Origin: Pseudomonas aeruginosa
Lineage (GTDB): Bacteria > Pseudomonadota > Gammaproteobacteria > Pseudomonadales > Pseudomonadaceae
NCBI RefSeq assembly: GCF_001457615.1
Contig: NZ_LN831024.1
Span: 1,500,001 to 1,532,000, forward strand
Reading direction: 5' to 3'
DNA length: 32,000 nt
The notes beneath the pieces were generated by a model. That model searched no databases, was not told the DNA's origin, and was given only the letters and a program-made list of their open reading frames with translations. The number at the start of each line of letters is the position of its first letter. Positions within the stretch are counted from its first letter, which is position 1. The position numbers and the translations under genes are program-made. This document shows, piece after piece, positions 30,478-32,000 of this stretch.

Positions 30478-31788
30478 CTACCAGCAGATGCCCTCGGCCT
30501 GGGCAGTGGTGGTGTGCGGCATGAAGCCCACCAGGTCGACCAGCTTCTTGCCGCTCGGGGTCTTGTTCACCAGGTCGACGAACAGCTCGTCGCCATTGCC
30601 CAGCACCAGCACATCGGAACTCGCCACCACTTCGTCGAGGTCGGAGACCAGCAGTGAGGAGACGTGCGGGATCTTCGACTCGATGTATTCCTTGTTGGCC
30701 CCGTGGACACGCGCGTATTCGACGTTGCGGTCGAAGATGCGCAACTCGTAGCCCTTGCCGATGAGCATCTCGGCCAGCTCCACCAGCGGGCTTTCGCGCA
30801 AATCGTCGGTGCCGGCCTTGAACGACAGGCCGAGCAGGCCGACCTTGCGGGTGTCGTGGCTGGTGATGAGATCGAAGGCCTTCTGCACCTGGTTGGAGTT
30901 GCTGCGCATCAACGAACCGAGCATCGGGTGCTCGACGTCCAGCTGGCTGGCGCGATAGGTGAGGGCGCGTACATCCTTGGGCAGGCAGGAGCCGCCGAAG
31001 GCGAAGCCGGGACGCATGTAGTAGCGCGACAGGTTGAGCTTGTGGTCCTGGCAGATCACGTCCATCACCTCGCGGCCGTCGACGCCGACCGCCTTGGCGA
31101 TGTTGCCGATCTCGTTGGCGAAGGTGACCTTGGCGGCGTGCCAGACGTTGCAGGTGTACTTGATCATCTCGGCGACCTCGACGGTCTTGCGGATGATCGG
31201 CGCGTCCAGCTCGCGGTAGATTTCCTCGAGAAGGTCGCCGGTCTGCTTGTCCAGTTCGCCGATCACGGTCATCGGCGGGAAGTCGTAGTCCTTGATCGCG
31301 GTGCTCTCGCGGAGGAATTCGGGGTTGGTGCCGACGCCGAAGTCGACCCCGGCCTTCTTGCCCGAGCAGTCCTCGATCAGCGGGATCACCACGTTGTTGA
31401 CGGTGCCCGGCAGTACGGTGCTGCGCACCACCACGGTGTGGCGTTCGGACTTCTCGCGGATGGCGAAGCCGATCTCGCGGCAGACGGTCTCGATGTAGCC
31501 CAGGTCCAGGTCGCCGTTCTTCTTGCTCGGCGTGCCGACGCAGATGAACGATACGTCGGAGTCCAGCACGGCCTTCTTGAAGTCGGTGGTGCCCGACAGC
31601 CGTCCGGTCTGCCGGCCTTGCTGCAACAACGCTTCCAGGCCCGGTTCGACGATGGGCGACTTGCCCTGGTTGATCAGGTCGATCTTGGTGCTGGAGACAT
31701 CCACACCAATGACTTCATGACCGCGTGCCGACAGGCAGCCAGCACATACTGCACCGACATAGCCCAAACCAAAGATGCTGATTCGCAT
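30478..31788 (-). CDS. algD: GDP-mannose 6-dehydrogenase, 436 aa
   Basis: MRISIFGLGYVGAVCAGCLSARGHEVIGVDV, GFAFGGSCLPKDVRAL with catalytic Cys; GAGGTG Shine-Dalgarno 5' of ATG 31788. Confidence 0.97.
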   Translation of the reverse strand: MRISIFGLGYVGAVCAGCLSARGHEVIGVDVSSTKIDLINQGKSPIVEPGLEALLQQGRQTGRLSGTTDFKKAVLDSDVSFICVGTPSKKNGDLDLGYIETVCREIGFAIREKSERHTVVVRSTVLPGTVNNVVIPLIEDCSGKKAGVDFGVGTNPEFLRESTAIKDYDFPPMTVIGELDKQTGDLLEEIYRELDAPIIRKTVEVAEMIKYTCNVWHAAKVTFANEIGNIAKAVGVDGREVMDVICQDHKLNLSRYYMRPGFAFGGSCLPKDVRALTYRASQLDVEHPMLGSLMRSNSNQVQKAFDLITSHDTRKVGLLGLSFKAGTDDLRESPLVELAEMLIGKGYELRIFDRNVEYARVHGANKEYIESKIPHVSSLLVSDLDEVVASSDVLVLGNGDELFVDLVNKTPSGKKLVDLVGFMPHTTTAQAEGICW

Positions 31789-32000
31789 CGCATTCACCTC
31801 GATTGTTTGTCGCGCCGTTAATGAGGTGGCCGTATGGCCACTTCCCTATCTGGCGAGCCGTTACTACGAGCCCCGATCCAGGGCCCTTGATCCGCCTTCA
31901 GGCAGTTTCGAATAGAGTGCTTAGTTGTTCGGCACTCTAATAGGGCAAGTTATAAGTTCATGCCCTTTAATGTTTCAGGTGGGTTTCAATAACGGTGCAT
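31789..32000 (-). promoter_or_regulatory. 3' part of the algD 5' leader, with several inverted repeats
   Basis: No convincing ORF; stem-loops at 31826-31841, 31875-31892, 31913-31939 and 31942-31966. The known AlgU-dependent promoter is expected beyond the window edge. Confidence 0.65.

Noticed and set aside
1-32000. CRISPR arrays, tRNA/rRNA genes, transposases, toxin-antitoxin or phage defence genes
   Set aside because: None seen. Coding capacity is almost fully occupied by the fru, arn and alg operons, and no regularly spaced repeat array or transposase motif was found.

Overview
High-GC (Pseudomonas-like) chromosomal window whose gene order and protein motifs match the Pseudomonas aeruginosa fru / arn(pmr) / alginate region. 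Three blocks are visible. (1) A + strand fructose PTS operon: fruB(fruI)-fruK-fruA. (2) A - strand L-Ara4N lipid A modification operon, transcribed arnB-arnC-arnA-arnD-arnT-arnE-arnF followed by a UDP-glucose 6-dehydrogenase-like gene. (3) The full - strand alginate operon, transcribed algD-alg8-alg44-algK-algE-algG-algX-algL-algI-algJ-algF-algA. Nothing in the coding content looks like a previously undescribed system. The less routine signals are non-coding or architectural: a double-hairpin REP-like element between the convergent fruA and ugd-like genes; duplicated CTGAATG-N4-CTGAACG direct repeats flanking a PmrA-like box upstream of arnB; seven consecutive 4-nt stop/start overlaps in the arn operon; strong inverted repeats in the algL-algI, algF-algA and algD-alg8 gaps and in the algD leader; and an algJ/algX paralog pair inside one operon. 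Identifications come from recognised motifs and gene order; no database search was run.
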